Origin: a virus
Virus record (IMG/VR): IMGVR_UViG_3300002144_000477
Span: 106,894-170,893 of that record
Length of the DNA stretch: 64,000 nucleotides
Reading direction: 5' to 3' (one strand)
This document shows positions 18,270 to 27,208 of the stretch, one piece after another. The first letter of the stretch is position 1. Each line of letters starts with the position of its first letter. The notes under the pieces were generated by a model, which did not search any database, was not told the origin of the DNA, and saw nothing but the letters and a program-made list of their open reading frames with translations. A program made the translations under genes and the position numbers.

Positions 18270-18306
18270 CCAAAATCTACAAAAATATTGTAAAAAATTG
18301 TTGTGT

Positions 18307-18726
18307 TTACACCACAGATTCAGGCAATGCGTCGATTAAATACTGCTCCGAAATGCCATGGGTATCGTATCCTTGCAATACCATATCGTAGTAACCGTTT
18401 GATGGGTCAGTTAATTGCGCACCTTCGGTCATGTAATACATAAGTGCTTCGATAGTATCTCCATTCTCGGTAGTTACTGTAACAAATTTGCGTAGATAAT
18501 AATCAGGAAACCCCTCGAATGCATCTAATGATTGCAAGCATTCATTACTAATTTGCCATAATACTCCGGGCGCTATATGTCCATTATATTGAATCATATC
18601 AGCATGATATTTAAATACCATTTTGTAATCTTTAATATATCCAACACCAATGGCACGAGCATTGGGGCACCTTTGAGACATTGAATCAAGATTGGTATTC
18701 ATTCCGTAGGCAAAATAGTATGTCAT
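18307..18726 (-). CDS. gamma-glutamylcyclotransferase (AIG2-like) family protein
   Basis: YFAYGMN, GVLWQI, LDAFEG, PS..Y. Confidence 0.85.
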   Translation of the reverse strand: MTYYFAYGMNTNLDSMSQRCPNARAIGVGYIKDYKMVFKYHADMIQYNGHIAPGVLWQISNECLQSLDAFEGFPDYYLRKFVTVTTENGDTIEALMYYMTEGAQLTDPSNGYYDMVLQGYDTHGISEQYLIDALPESVV

Positions 18727-18744
18727 TAATTGGTTTCCTTGCGG

Positions 18745-18933
18745 TTATTTAAATTTTACGTTGCGTAAATACTCAATTCGTTGTTTAATTTCAGCTACTC
18801 GTTCTGGAATTGTAACAGCAGATCTTACTGGCATATTAACTCTTTTAGGCTGTATTGGAGACTTAGGCCTAATAGGAAATATTGGTTTTACATCTTTTGC
18901 ATTACGAAACATAACTATCAGAAACATCGGCAA
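18745..18933 (-). CDS. small basic hypothetical protein
   Basis: ORF filling gap; start uncertain. Confidence 0.5.
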   Translation of the reverse strand: MPMFLIVMFRNAKDVKPIFPIRPKSPIQPKRVNMPVRSAVTIPERVAEIKQRIEYLRNVKFK

Positions 18934-19054
18934 GTTGGGTTACAATCTGATTTGTGATTACCACACCACCGTGTATTTGTTGGTATAACTCAGCAACCGA
19001 TTTTACGTAGAAAGTATAGACTTTTCCAGTGCTAGTAATCAATGAAAATGGCAT
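18902..19054 (-). CDS. small hypothetical protein (MPFSLITSTGKVYTFYV...)
   Basis: AAGGA SD and own promoter; start corrected. Confidence 0.65.
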   Translation of the reverse strand: MPFSLITSTGKVYTFYVKSVAELYQQIHGGVVITNQIVTQLADVSDSYVS

Positions 19055-19087
19055 GGTATTTCCTTGTTTGTTGCTGTCTATATATTT

Positions 19088-19116
19088 ATTATAGTGCCTG
19101 TGCCTTAAAAAGTCAA
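19088..19116 (-). promoter_or_regulatory. sigma70-type promoter TTGACT-N17-TATAAT
   Basis: Shares the leader atagacagcaacaaaca with the 18241 promoter. Confidence 0.8.
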
Positions 19117-19160
19117 CCAAAATCTGTGGGATTTACGCAACTCTTGTATCAGTACATTGA

Positions 19161-19166
19161 TAAATA
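19161..19166 (+). promoter_or_regulatory. T4-late-like TAAATA box
   Basis: Intergenic, upstream of DctP-like gene; motif recurs before many genes. Confidence 0.5.
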
Positions 19167-19245
19167 ACTACAGTACACAGTAGTAACAAGGGCCCACTAT
19201 CTACTACTGTTCGTGCAGATTTATAAATCATCAGGAGATAAACAA

Positions 19246-20214
19246 ATGGAAAAACGTACTTTACGTTGGGTTTTAGCCCATGAGCCAATCGAAATTTTTA
19301 TTCGTGCGGCAACCCGCTTTGCTAAAATTGTTACCGAAGCCACAGATGGCCAAGTTGATATCGAAATTCTTTCTACAGAAGAATACGCACAAAAATATCA
19401 CGGTGTAGCCCGTGCCGATACACAATATCGCTACGAACTAATTAAGCACCTCGAAGCAGGCGAGTTAGAAATGAGCCAAATGTATACAACTACATTAGGC
19501 ACTATGTTTGACAAAGACCTACTAGCACTAGATATGCCATTCTTGTTTAAGGATCACGATCACGTAGCTCGTGTACTAGATGGCGAAATTGGTACAGGTC
19601 TACGTGACGGCTTCGCAGCTAAGACAAATGCACAACCATTGGCATTTACATACAGCGGCGGATTCCGCGTACTACCATCTAGCAAAGAAGTTGCAACACT
19701 TGCAGATTTAGCTGGTGAAAAAGTTCGCACAGGTAGCGAAGTTTCTAAGGAAACATTCAAAGCCATCGGTTGTGAAGTAGTTGACGGTATTTTAATTGAA
19801 GAAGTTGGTGCCGCACTTGGCGACGGTCGCATCGTTGCTGGCGAAAGCACATACCCACGCTTATACGGCGGCGAGCAGTTTGTTAGCCCAAGTAAAACAG
19901 CTAAGGTTGTTGTAAACTCAGAGCACAGCTTGTTCCTAACAACTATCCTTATCAACAAGGATGTATGGGCTAGCTTTAGCGCAGAGCTACAGGAGATCAT
20001 GCTCCACGCCGCTAAAGAAGCAGCCATTGAAGAGCGCAAAGAAGCACTATTGGATATTGAGAAAAACCGTATCCGTTTAGCGCAAGACGGCGTTGAAGTG
20101 GTATATTTGTCCGATGCTGACATGGCTGAGTTCCGTGCCCGTACTGCACCAGTATACGAAACACTTGATTCAATGTTTAGCGAAGGCCTAGTAGGCAAGA
20201 TCAAGTCTGCTTAA
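19246..20214 (+). CDS. TRAP transporter substrate-binding protein (DctP-like) without signal peptide
   Basis: LDMPFLFKD, GGFR, DLAGEKVR, W..FS.ELQ; AGGAG SD before MEKRTL. Confidence 0.85.
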   Translation: MEKRTLRWVLAHEPIEIFIRAATRFAKIVTEATDGQVDIEILSTEEYAQKYHGVARADTQYRYELIKHLEAGELEMSQMYTTTLGTMFDKDLLALDMPFLFKDHDHVARVLDGEIGTGLRDGFAAKTNAQPLAFTYSGGFRVLPSSKEVATLADLAGEKVRTGSEVSKETFKAIGCEVVDGILIEEVGAALGDGRIVAGESTYPRLYGGEQFVSPSKTAKVVVNSEHSLFLTTILINKDVWASFSAELQEIMLHAAKEAAIEERKEALLDIEKNRIRLAQDGVEVVYLSDADMAEFRARTAPVYETLDSMFSEGLVGKIKSA

Positions 20215-20239
20215 TTTTTAATTAGCACACAAGAGTTAG

Positions 20240-20265
20240 AAAAAGGTACCAAACGGTACCTTTTT
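20240..20265 (+). terminator. rho-independent terminator (potentially bidirectional)
   Basis: aaaaaggtacc-aaac-ggtaccttttt. Confidence 0.85.
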
Positions 20266-20317
20266 CTTTGTCTACGATATGTTATGTGTAAATAATACTA
20301 AGGAGATTATTTAAATC

Positions 20318-20602
20318 ATGTTTAACTTTTTTGTAAAATTTATCGAGCGCTTTTTCGGATCACTGCCTAAGGTTGATTCCGTTGGAGAGTTAGCCCCGTA
20401 TAAAATTGAACCCCCAGCATCAGTTGAGGAACCGCCTGCAAAGGCAACTGCTACGCCGGCAATAAAAGTAGTCAAGCCAAAGAAGGCCAACGCACCAGCT
20501 ACGCCTAAAGCCAAAGCACCAGCTACGCCTAAAGCCAACGCACCTAAAGCATCTTCTACGCCTAAAGCCAAAGCACCTAAAGCACCTGCATCTAAAAAGT
20601 AA
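20318..20602 (+). CDS. Lys/Ala/Pro-rich histone-H1-like small protein
   Basis: AAGGAG SD, TAAATA at 20289; KA(N/K)APATP repeats. Confidence 0.7.
   Translation: MFNFFVKFIERFFGSLPKVDSVGELAPYKIEPPASVEEPPAKATATPAIKVVKPKKANAPATPKAKAPATPKANAPKASSTPKAKAPKAPASKK
20486..20590. repeat. 24-bp tandem repeat gccaa(c/a)gcaccagctacgcctaaa plus degenerate copies
   Basis: Read directly. Confidence 0.8.
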
Positions 20603-21619
20603 ATGATATACTGCTTTGACGAAGATGTTAGTTTTTTTAACTACATTCTAGAAAAAGATAGTATACCATACACTAGGTCTCAAAGTCCAACGAATTCGGT
20701 GGTATTACTACATACACCGTATCCTTGGACTTTGTCTTGGGCAAATAAAGTTGAAACAGTGTTGCAGTCTAACCCTAGACGAGTTATAGTATTTGTAACC
20801 GAACTACACGAACCAGTGTCGAACTGGATAATTCAGCATCCTAATTTAGAGTACTACAGTGCCGGAATTGTATATAGACGCTCAACTATCAAACAGCACT
20901 ACTACATGGATTGGTTTGCTATTACCAGGGACTTTTATCAAAATCGCGAGCACATATTATCAGACGTATGGTCTAGCAAGGTCTGCGATACAGTTACAGT
21001 AAATGCATTACTGGGTCGCAAAAAGCCGCACCGCGATATTGTTTATGCTGGACTAAAAGACAATCCTAATGTTGTTATGACCTACATGCATACGCAACAT
21101 AGCATTACTAGCAATGTGCAAGACCCTAATCAGTTTGTATGGGAGGGGAAGCCGCAGTCAGTTAACTGGACCATTGATAAAATTGATTACGACGGCGAAC
21201 AAGTAAGTTTGAGTCAGGTAATTCCGACATCTATATATAAAAATACCAGCTGGTGTCTCGTAGCAGAAACAAACTATCACAGCGGCTATATTTTCTTTAC
21301 TGAGAAAATAGCTAAACCTATATTAGCAAAAAAGCCGTTTATCATTGCTGGCAACCCGCATAGTTTACCGGTACTACACGCACTCGGGTTTAAAACATTT
21401 TCTAATCTAATAGACGAGTCGTATGATTCAATTGAGGACATGGATGTTAGGATGAGTACAGTGGTATCTGTAACTAACTACCTAACATCCATGCCGCCTG
21501 CTAAAGTTCGTGCCATGCACGACCATATTCAACACATAGTTGAGCACAACTATCGTGTGATGATGGATACTGATTGGCAACGAACTAACCTAGATAAACT
21601 TAGCAAAATGATCCTCTAA
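20603..21619 (+). CDS. putative GT-B glycosyltransferase (paralog of 4361-5455)
   Basis: LVAET...FTEKIAKPI...GFKTFSNLIDESYD. Confidence 0.55.
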   Translation: MIYCFDEDVSFFNYILEKDSIPYTRSQSPTNSVVLLHTPYPWTLSWANKVETVLQSNPRRVIVFVTELHEPVSNWIIQHPNLEYYSAGIVYRRSTIKQHYYMDWFAITRDFYQNREHILSDVWSSKVCDTVTVNALLGRKKPHRDIVYAGLKDNPNVVMTYMHTQHSITSNVQDPNQFVWEGKPQSVNWTIDKIDYDGEQVSLSQVIPTSIYKNTSWCLVAETNYHSGYIFFTEKIAKPILAKKPFIIAGNPHSLPVLHALGFKTFSNLIDESYDSIEDMDVRMSTVVSVTNYLTSMPPAKVRAMHDHIQHIVEHNYRVMMDTDWQRTNLDKLSKMIL

Positions 21620-22138
21620 GGTCATGTTGGTATCAACAGGGATACCATCCCAGGTTTCGAACGCCCCAATTATATTAAAGCAATACTCGTAACGTTTCCA
21701 AAAATTGTAAATGTCTGGAGTATTGTTGTTCCACCCTTTTGCTTTAAGTTCATTATCAAGGGTTACACTCAGCTTACAAGTAGGCATATTGCATGCTTGC
21801 TCAGCAGTGATAACTTCTTGCAGTAGCAAATCACGAATAGTACTATTAGGCACCATATGTTCGAAGATGCCTTTGCCCTCAACTCCTACTTCAACATAGT
21901 GTGAACCAAAGTTTTCTTTAATACAATAGCCGTGATATCTGCGAAGGGCATTATCAATATCGTCTCTAATTAAACGACTAGTCTGTTCGTCGTTTAATGT
22001 AGTTTTATATAGATTAACCAGTCGCGCTAAGTTATTAAACACATACTTGCTAGTCGCTTTATACGACTCGGTATTGCGCTTAGTACGTACATACACTGGC
22101 TGCCGGAACGCAGTAATTGCTTCTTGCAACGTTGTCAT
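21590..22138 (-). CDS. hypothetical protein with EHxxP motif (HNH/GmrD-like)
   Basis: FEHMVP; TAATG-coupled to upstream DGQQR gene. Confidence 0.5.
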   Translation of the reverse strand: MTTLQEAITAFRQPVYVRTKRNTESYKATSKYVFNNLARLVNLYKTTLNDEQTSRLIRDDIDNALRRYHGYCIKENFGSHYVEVGVEGKGIFEHMVPNSTIRDLLLQEVITAEQACNMPTCKLSVTLDNELKAKGWNNNTPDIYNFWKRYEYCFNIIGAFETWDGIPVDTNMTLEDHFAKFI

Positions 22139-23211
22139 TATGCTGCCTTACGCTTTGCTAACACCCCACGAGGCATCAGTCCACGAACGGGATTAGTAGC
22201 TACCTGCATCTTTGCACCTTCACCGTGGTATGGTAATACAATCTTGCCGTCAGCAATCATATAAACTTCTCGCAGAAAGTTGCTCATTGCACTCGGGGCA
22301 CTCCATGTTGCACCAGGGTTAATATGTGCCCATTGCAATTTTGCCTTTGCATGCACTAGATCACTGCTAGAGTAAATTGTACTAACTGCTTTTAACACTT
22401 TACGCATCCACCGTGCTGGCAGTTTCTGAGTTGAGCCAATACGAGCAAGTTCGTATAAGCCAATGAAAACACCTTGATCAATTTCTTCCTGGTCAGGGAA
22501 GGCATACAAGATAGCATCAAGTATTTCAAATAAAATGCGTCCAGAATTATCAAGGTCAATTCCTTTGTACGCATACTTGAAGTGACTAAAGAAGTGCTCG
22601 TTAATCCCACATTGAGTGGGACTCTTACGTGCATTTTTATCTTGCAAGTCAATGCCTAATGCATCAAATTGATCTTGCAAGGTCCTTGCCCGCGCATTTC
22701 TGATATCGTGACTACCTAGTTTCCAGCGAGTGAGTGCATTGCGGTGCAGATCGCCGGGAGTTAGTTTTTTAACACCAGTCTCGTTTAGCATTTCAAATGC
22801 GTAACTAGGAAATGCTGGGTCGTTCGTTACAACTACAGTACAGGGTCCTGCGGGATAGCCCAAAATTGCCATAGCAATGCTTCGTTGCTGTCCATCATAT
22901 ATTGTTGTGATATTGGGATCTACTATGGTAGGGTAGCCGTCAACCTGACACGAACTAGCAGGCCCACATAGCCGCGGGTCAAAGTTTCTCATAATGTTGA
23001 GAATGTGTTTCGGAATGGCAGCTCGTTGTACTTCGTAGTCTAGCCATTGAGTGTCAAAATCAACGAAGTGTGTGCCTGTGGGGAATTGATGGCCGTTACC
23101 GTCCACTCGTTTTCTGAGTACAGATATAGCCTTAGAATCTACTCCGAAATCACTTTGGAGAATTAAACGAACTTCGTTTACGACGTCTGAGAATTTACGA
23201 GTTAATCGCAT
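22138..23211 (-). CDS. ParB/Srx-fold DGQ(H/Q)R domain protein
   Basis: EVQR, YDGQQR, FEMLN motifs; start at MRLTRK after AAGGA. Confidence 0.65.
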   Translation of the reverse strand: MRLTRKFSDVVNEVRLILQSDFGVDSKAISVLRKRVDGNGHQFPTGTHFVDFDTQWLDYEVQRAAIPKHILNIMRNFDPRLCGPASSCQVDGYPTIVDPNITTIYDGQQRSIAMAILGYPAGPCTVVVTNDPAFPSYAFEMLNETGVKKLTPGDLHRNALTRWKLGSHDIRNARARTLQDQFDALGIDLQDKNARKSPTQCGINEHFFSHFKYAYKGIDLDNSGRILFEILDAILYAFPDQEEIDQGVFIGLYELARIGSTQKLPARWMRKVLKAVSTIYSSSDLVHAKAKLQWAHINPGATWSAPSAMSNFLREVYMIADGKIVLPYHGEGAKMQVATNPVRGLMPRGVLAKRKAA

Positions 23212-23268
23212 GATATGTTTCCTTTTAAAATAAAAATAGCCTTCGGGACAATCCCTCAGCATGTATCT

Positions 23269-23298
23269 ATTATACAATAAAAAAAGCCGGCATGTCAA
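23269..23298 (-). promoter_or_regulatory. sigma70-type promoter TTGACA-N18-TATAAT
   Basis: The -35 hexamer lies in the loop of the terminator hairpin. Confidence 0.75.
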
Positions 23299-23308
23299 CC
23301 GGCTTTTT
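23281..23308 (-). terminator. rho-independent terminator after cell-wall hydrolase gene
   Basis: aaaaagccgg-catgtcaa-ccggcttttt perfect inverted repeat. Confidence 0.8.
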
Positions 23309-23339
23309 AATCTTTTTAATGTAAGTAGTAAGTATTACT

Positions 23340-23999
23340 TTACCTTGACGCTACTTCATAGTAAAACAAATGACTATCAATTCTGCCTATGTAATGTATA
23401 CGTTTACTCCATGATGGGTTTACGTAATTAGCATGATAGTGTGTAGCGCCACTTACTAGGCCATCCCACCGGTTATGTAACACAATGTCGCTCGCAATTG
23501 ATTTTGCTTGACTATACGCATTAGTATCTCTAATTTCGTCTGGCAATCCATCGCAGTACCAACTAAATTGACATTTGTTTTTTACAGGAACCATTCTAGC
23601 ATCTATTGTGTCAGGTGTGCCTCGGGTTTTCCAACTTTCTGTATAAACAGCATCTTTAACTACTCCGCAGATTGTGTTAGGCCATCTATTATCTCTGAGA
23701 CGATTTATAACAACACGACCGACTGCAATCATACCGTCGGTGCTTTGGTTGCGTGCCTCAAAATAGATATTGTCAGCTAGACATTCTATAGCGGCAGTTG
23801 GGTCTTTACTAATTGGCGTAGCAGATAGGTACTGCTCTAGTAACAGATTTAATGTTGCAGCTTCGCTGTCGGATACAACTAAAATTGGGTGAGAATAGCT
23901 GTGTCTAATTGGGCTGGCATCGGTTGCACTAGATGTCACCATAGTTCCTCCGAACGAAAGTGCAGTCACGATAGCAACAATAGCAAATATTTTGCTCAT
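23340..23999 (-). CDS. SleB/Hydrolase_2 cell wall hydrolase
   Basis: CLADNIYFEAR, VVINR, CQFSWYCDG, GATHYHA; N-terminal signal/anchor. Confidence 0.92.
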   Translation of the reverse strand: MSKIFAIVAIVTALSFGGTMVTSSATDASPIRHSYSHPILVVSDSEAATLNLLLEQYLSATPISKDPTAAIECLADNIYFEARNQSTDGMIAVGRVVINRLRDNRWPNTICGVVKDAVYTESWKTRGTPDTIDARMVPVKNKCQFSWYCDGLPDEIRDTNAYSQAKSIASDIVLHNRWDGLVSGATHYHANYVNPSWSKRIHYIGRIDSHLFYYEVASR

Positions 24000-24074
24000 A
24001 GTTTCTTCCTTTTTTCAAGTGGGTTTACTATTTACTAACTGTATAACACCTAGTAAACAATATACTTTACAAGT

Positions 24075-24458
24075 TTAAGAATATTTCTCTAGATTGTCAA
24101 GATATTCGGCAATATTGCCAGCATGCAACTCTAGCATAAGATGGTCTTGTTCGTCGAGTATTGCCAGCCTGTGGCTTTGCTTGTATACGTAATACGGTCC
24201 GTTTAGATACCGCTCGAGCTGTAACAGTGTTTTGCCGTTTAAAGGTTTACTAAACTCGTACTTATAAACCTGCATCTTTAATTTAGCAACCAGTGCCCAA
24301 CCAGCCGTGGACAGGTGTAAGCTATTGGGGTTTGTTGGATTTTTCCATGCAAGTAGATGCAGTTCTCGTATGGTTATGTCAGTGGAGTCAGCAACAGAAA
24401 ACAGTATCTTTGTTAATTGTTGCTGACTATACTGCTTATGGGAAGATCTGATCACCAT
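24075..24458 (-). CDS. hypothetical phage protein
   Basis: ORF in operon. Confidence 0.7.
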   Translation of the reverse strand: MVIRSSHKQYSQQQLTKILFSVADSTDITIRELHLLAWKNPTNPNSLHLSTAGWALVAKLKMQVYKYEFSKPLNGKTLLQLERYLNGPYYVYKQSHRLAILDEQDHLMLELHAGNIAEYLDNLEKYS

Positions 24459-24723
24459 GCTTTAGTAATACAACCGAAAACTTGTTGGTCTTAAACAACA
24501 AATTGAGTTTTTTTGCTAAATTGATAGCATGCCCTGGGTTACTAAAGCTGACCTTTTTATATTTTGGCCCGGGGTAATGCACTAATATGTTATGCGTCTT
24601 AAGATTAATCGGCATGTTATCGTGATACACCGCCCATATACCGTCGCTAATTAGCACTTGGTCACTCTTAAATGTTTTTTTATCGATATGCTCAATAACA
24701 ATAGTTGGTTTAGGTCTTGACAT
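24436..24723 (-). CDS. hypothetical phage protein (MSRPKP...)
   Basis: TAAATA at 24754-24759; YKKVSFSNPGHA. Confidence 0.75.
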   Translation of the reverse strand: MSRPKPTIVIEHIDKKTFKSDQVLISDGIWAVYHDNMPINLKTHNILVHYPGPKYKKVSFSNPGHAINLAKKLNLLFKTNKFSVVLLKHGDQIFP

Positions 24724-24776
24724 GTGATCTCTTATTGAAAAATAATATACTATTATTTACCTTAAGTTATAACGGG

Positions 24777-25001
24777 TTAAAACTTTCCGCCATCTAAATC
24801 GACTTGGACGACTAACTGCTCTAAGTACAATTGATGCAACTCTACATTTAGCGACAGTAGTTTAACAATGTCACTTAGCATTGCTGTTGCTAGGTCAATG
24901 TCAATCACAAGGTCTTTGCGACGCCCTTGTTGAGCGATTTTAACTCTTTCGCTAAATGTTTGTAGGTGTTGAGTTAGTTTGATTGGCGTGTTAGATTCCA
25001 T
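24777..25001 (-). CDS. hypothetical protein
   Basis: ORF in operon. Confidence 0.65.
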   Translation of the reverse strand: MESNTPIKLTQHLQTFSERVKIAQQGRRKDLVIDIDLATAMLSDIVKLLSLNVELHQLYLEQLVVQVDLDGGKF

Positions 25002-25444
25002 GCATGTACCATTTCTTTTTCAGTTTTAAACGGTCCCATGTACGGGTATCGTTTAACAGTAATTAGTTTTGGGCAGTAATGACTAATCCAGTTGCCCGGA
25101 TCCAGTTCAATGCAGTAGTATCCTGCACAAAACATACTCTTGCTACCAGCACTTTTACTATAGATAGGTATGCCAGTTTGCACGTTGTACGTAATATTGT
25201 ATGCACGTGAATCTACCGGATATCCGTACAGCTCATTACTATTGCTAGACTTTGTCTGCTTACCCTTAACTACAAGATTGTAGTATTTTGTAATATCAGT
25301 GATGCTAGGAAATTTTGCACGTGATCCGTCATCGACATAGGTAAACCCGCCACCCTCAATTGCTTGAATAGTGCCCACTTTATTACCTTCTTCTTCTACG
25401 ATCCAGAATTTGTTCTTAACTACTGGAGTTGCTACTTTGGTCAT
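24974..25444 (-). CDS. hypothetical phage protein
   Basis: ATGA overlap with rnh-like gene. Confidence 0.75.
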   Translation of the reverse strand: MTKVATPVVKNKFWIVEEEGNKVGTIQAIEGGGFTYVDDGSRAKFPSITDITKYYNLVVKGKQTKSSNSNELYGYPVDSRAYNITYNVQTGIPIYSKSAGSKSMFCAGYYCIELDPGNWISHYCPKLITVKRYPYMGPFKTEKEMVHAWNLTRQSN

Positions 25445-26433
25445 GTTGGTTTATACTCCGATGATAAAATATCTGCAAATTGCTTTGCATTCTCGCTAAT
25501 GCGTGTGAGCTCGTATTTGCCGCAGAATTTTAAGAATTTACTTCCTATTTGCGATACTTGCTTTGGTACGCTATTATCAGCGATTGTTTGAGCAATCATT
25601 TCTTTGATATGGTCTGGTTGTGCAGTTAAGTCAACTAGTATTCGATTGCGTTCATAGTCGTCGAGTACACGATGCTCAACGTCATTGTGATCCACCCAGC
25701 GTTGTAACATCATGTTATTCCAGTTAAAGCCTTTAGTCAGGCGATCAGCAAATGCTTGCTCAAGCCCAATTTTATTCTTAGTACCTTTAGTTCTTACTCC
25801 CGGGTATGCACTAAACACATTGTCACTAGTGTCGCCGCGCATGCATTTCTCAAAAAGTAACCATGCAGGCTCCGGAATCTTTTTAGGTTCTTTTGTTTTC
25901 TTATCAAGCACTGGCTTACCTTTTTTATCAAATATGCCATTGATAGTATGCAGTTCTTCTGAAATTCCGTTATACTGCTGTACATTGTCTGATAGGAGTT
26001 GATAAAAATCGCTATCGCTACTAACAATAGTATGCTCGTCGGTTGGATGAGCTTGGATCCACCCTGCAATGAGATCGTCTGCTTCTAAGTTAGGATGTTG
26101 CAATACTGTGCAATTACTCTTGTTTGTAACAAAGTCCTTAAACTCATCAAAGGTTTCCCAAAAGAGTTTATCTTCTTCTTGCTCGGATACGGTTAATGCG
26201 GCACGAGCAACAGCACGATTCTTTTTGTAAGGCTCGTAAAAGTCTTTGCGCCAGCTTCGTCCTTCTAAGCAGAATACAACATGGTCTGCTTTTTGTTCGC
26301 GCCATACTTTAGCAATGCCGTTAAGCGTTACATGCATAGCAAAGCCTAGTTTAGTCCATGTATCTGCCGCACGGAATGCCGCGTGTCTTGCTCTAAAGAA
26401 TGTGTTTGCTGTATCGATTACCAAGTATTTCAT
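25441..26433 (-). CDS. rnh: T4 RNase H-like 5'-3' exonuclease (FEN/PIN fold)
   Basis: ID..N, SWRKDFY..YKKNR, EADDLIA, SSDSDFYQL, GDTSDNV. Confidence 0.9.
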   Translation of the reverse strand: MKYLVIDTANTFFRARHAAFRAADTWTKLGFAMHVTLNGIAKVWREQKADHVVFCLEGRSWRKDFYEPYKKNRAVARAALTVSEQEEDKLFWETFDEFKDFVTNKSNCTVLQHPNLEADDLIAGWIQAHPTDEHTIVSSDSDFYQLLSDNVQQYNGISEELHTINGIFDKKGKPVLDKKTKEPKKIPEPAWLLFEKCMRGDTSDNVFSAYPGVRTKGTKNKIGLEQAFADRLTKGFNWNNMMLQRWVDHNDVEHRVLDDYERNRILVDLTAQPDHIKEMIAQTIADNSVPKQVSQIGSKFLKFCGKYELTRISENAKQFADILSSEYKPT

Positions 26434-26466
26434 TAAAATGTCCAAACTTATTACTAATGTGTAACT

Positions 26467-26495
26467 ATTATAACAGAAACAACTGCGTCTGTCAA
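26467..26495 (-). promoter_or_regulatory. sigma70 consensus promoter TTGACA-N17-TATAAT
   Basis: The -35 overlaps the upstream gene's TGA stop. Confidence 0.85.
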
Positions 26496-27208
26496 CTGGT
26501 ATCTAGATTGTTTTTTAGTAATTCAGCCCATGCAACGTGACCATCTGCACCGAAATGATAACTATTTGGGTTTACCGTATTATAACCATTAGCTTTAAGC
26601 CATGTAAAATAGGTAGCAGATTCGTTGTATGGATTTATATAGGAGTTACCCCAATTGAATTTAGGAATGCTGTGCGCAACCACATTATTGAAATACAAAT
26701 AGGTATTAAAAAATAGATGCGGTATCTTACGTTGTTCTAACGAGAGATGCCACTCCCAAATTCTGTTATGCCAATAGAACTCAATGTCTCTATGACGTTC
26801 GGGCGACGATTGTTCTATTACCCAATGTTTATATTTATCTTTTAAATCTGCAGGTACACTGTCAACACCGCTTGCATTTACTTGGTAGTAGTTTTTATCT
26901 TGGCCGATCCATTCTTCACGCTCCCACGTACTCCACCCTATTAGTACTAAGTTAGGTGTAGGGTTAGTTGCTAACCAATCTTCGGTTGTTCGGATAATAC
27001 GATCGTTACTACTAGCACTTTCGCTATTGTTAACCACTTGCCATCCAAGGTGTTGAGCAAGTAAGTTGCCAAAACTTGCTATTACATTATCAGGATGAGG
27101 TCGTCGGTCCGGCGGCGGATAAGTCCATGGATCATCTTCTGCAAATGCAAACGGAACTACAGCTTCGGCTCCAGCAGAGTGACTATCGCCGTTAACGTAT
27201 AATACCAT
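26492..27208 (-). CDS. SGNH/GDSL-like protein (third paralog)
   Basis: NGDSH, SASSNDRI, HFGADGH. Confidence 0.65.
   Translation of the reverse strand: MVLYVNGDSHSAGAEAVVPFAFAEDDPWTYPPPDRRPHPDNVIASFGNLLAQHLGWQVVNNSESASSNDRIIRTTEDWLATNPTPNLVLIGWSTWEREEWIGQDKNYYQVNASGVDSVPADLKDKYKHWVIEQSSPERHRDIEFYWHNRIWEWHLSLEQRKIPHLFFNTYLYFNNVVAHSIPKFNWGNSYINPYNESATYFTWLKANGYNTVNPNSYHFGADGHVAWAELLKNNLDTS

Noticed and set aside
14647-19116. CRISPR-like array from the recurring 17-40 bp repeats
   Set aside because: Copies are hundreds to thousands of bp apart, separated by genes, and coincide with promoters; no cas genes.
19560-20204. 214-aa antisense ORF and other long opposite-strand ORFs in the track
   Set aside because: They lie fully within well-supported genes, lack SD or promoter support, and are explained by codon bias.
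24023-24058. gtttacta/tagtaaac inverted repeat as a T4 gene e-style translational block for the cell-wall hydrolase
   Set aside because: The 8-bp AT-rich arms enclose the TAAATA box but do not cover the SD or start codon; weak support.
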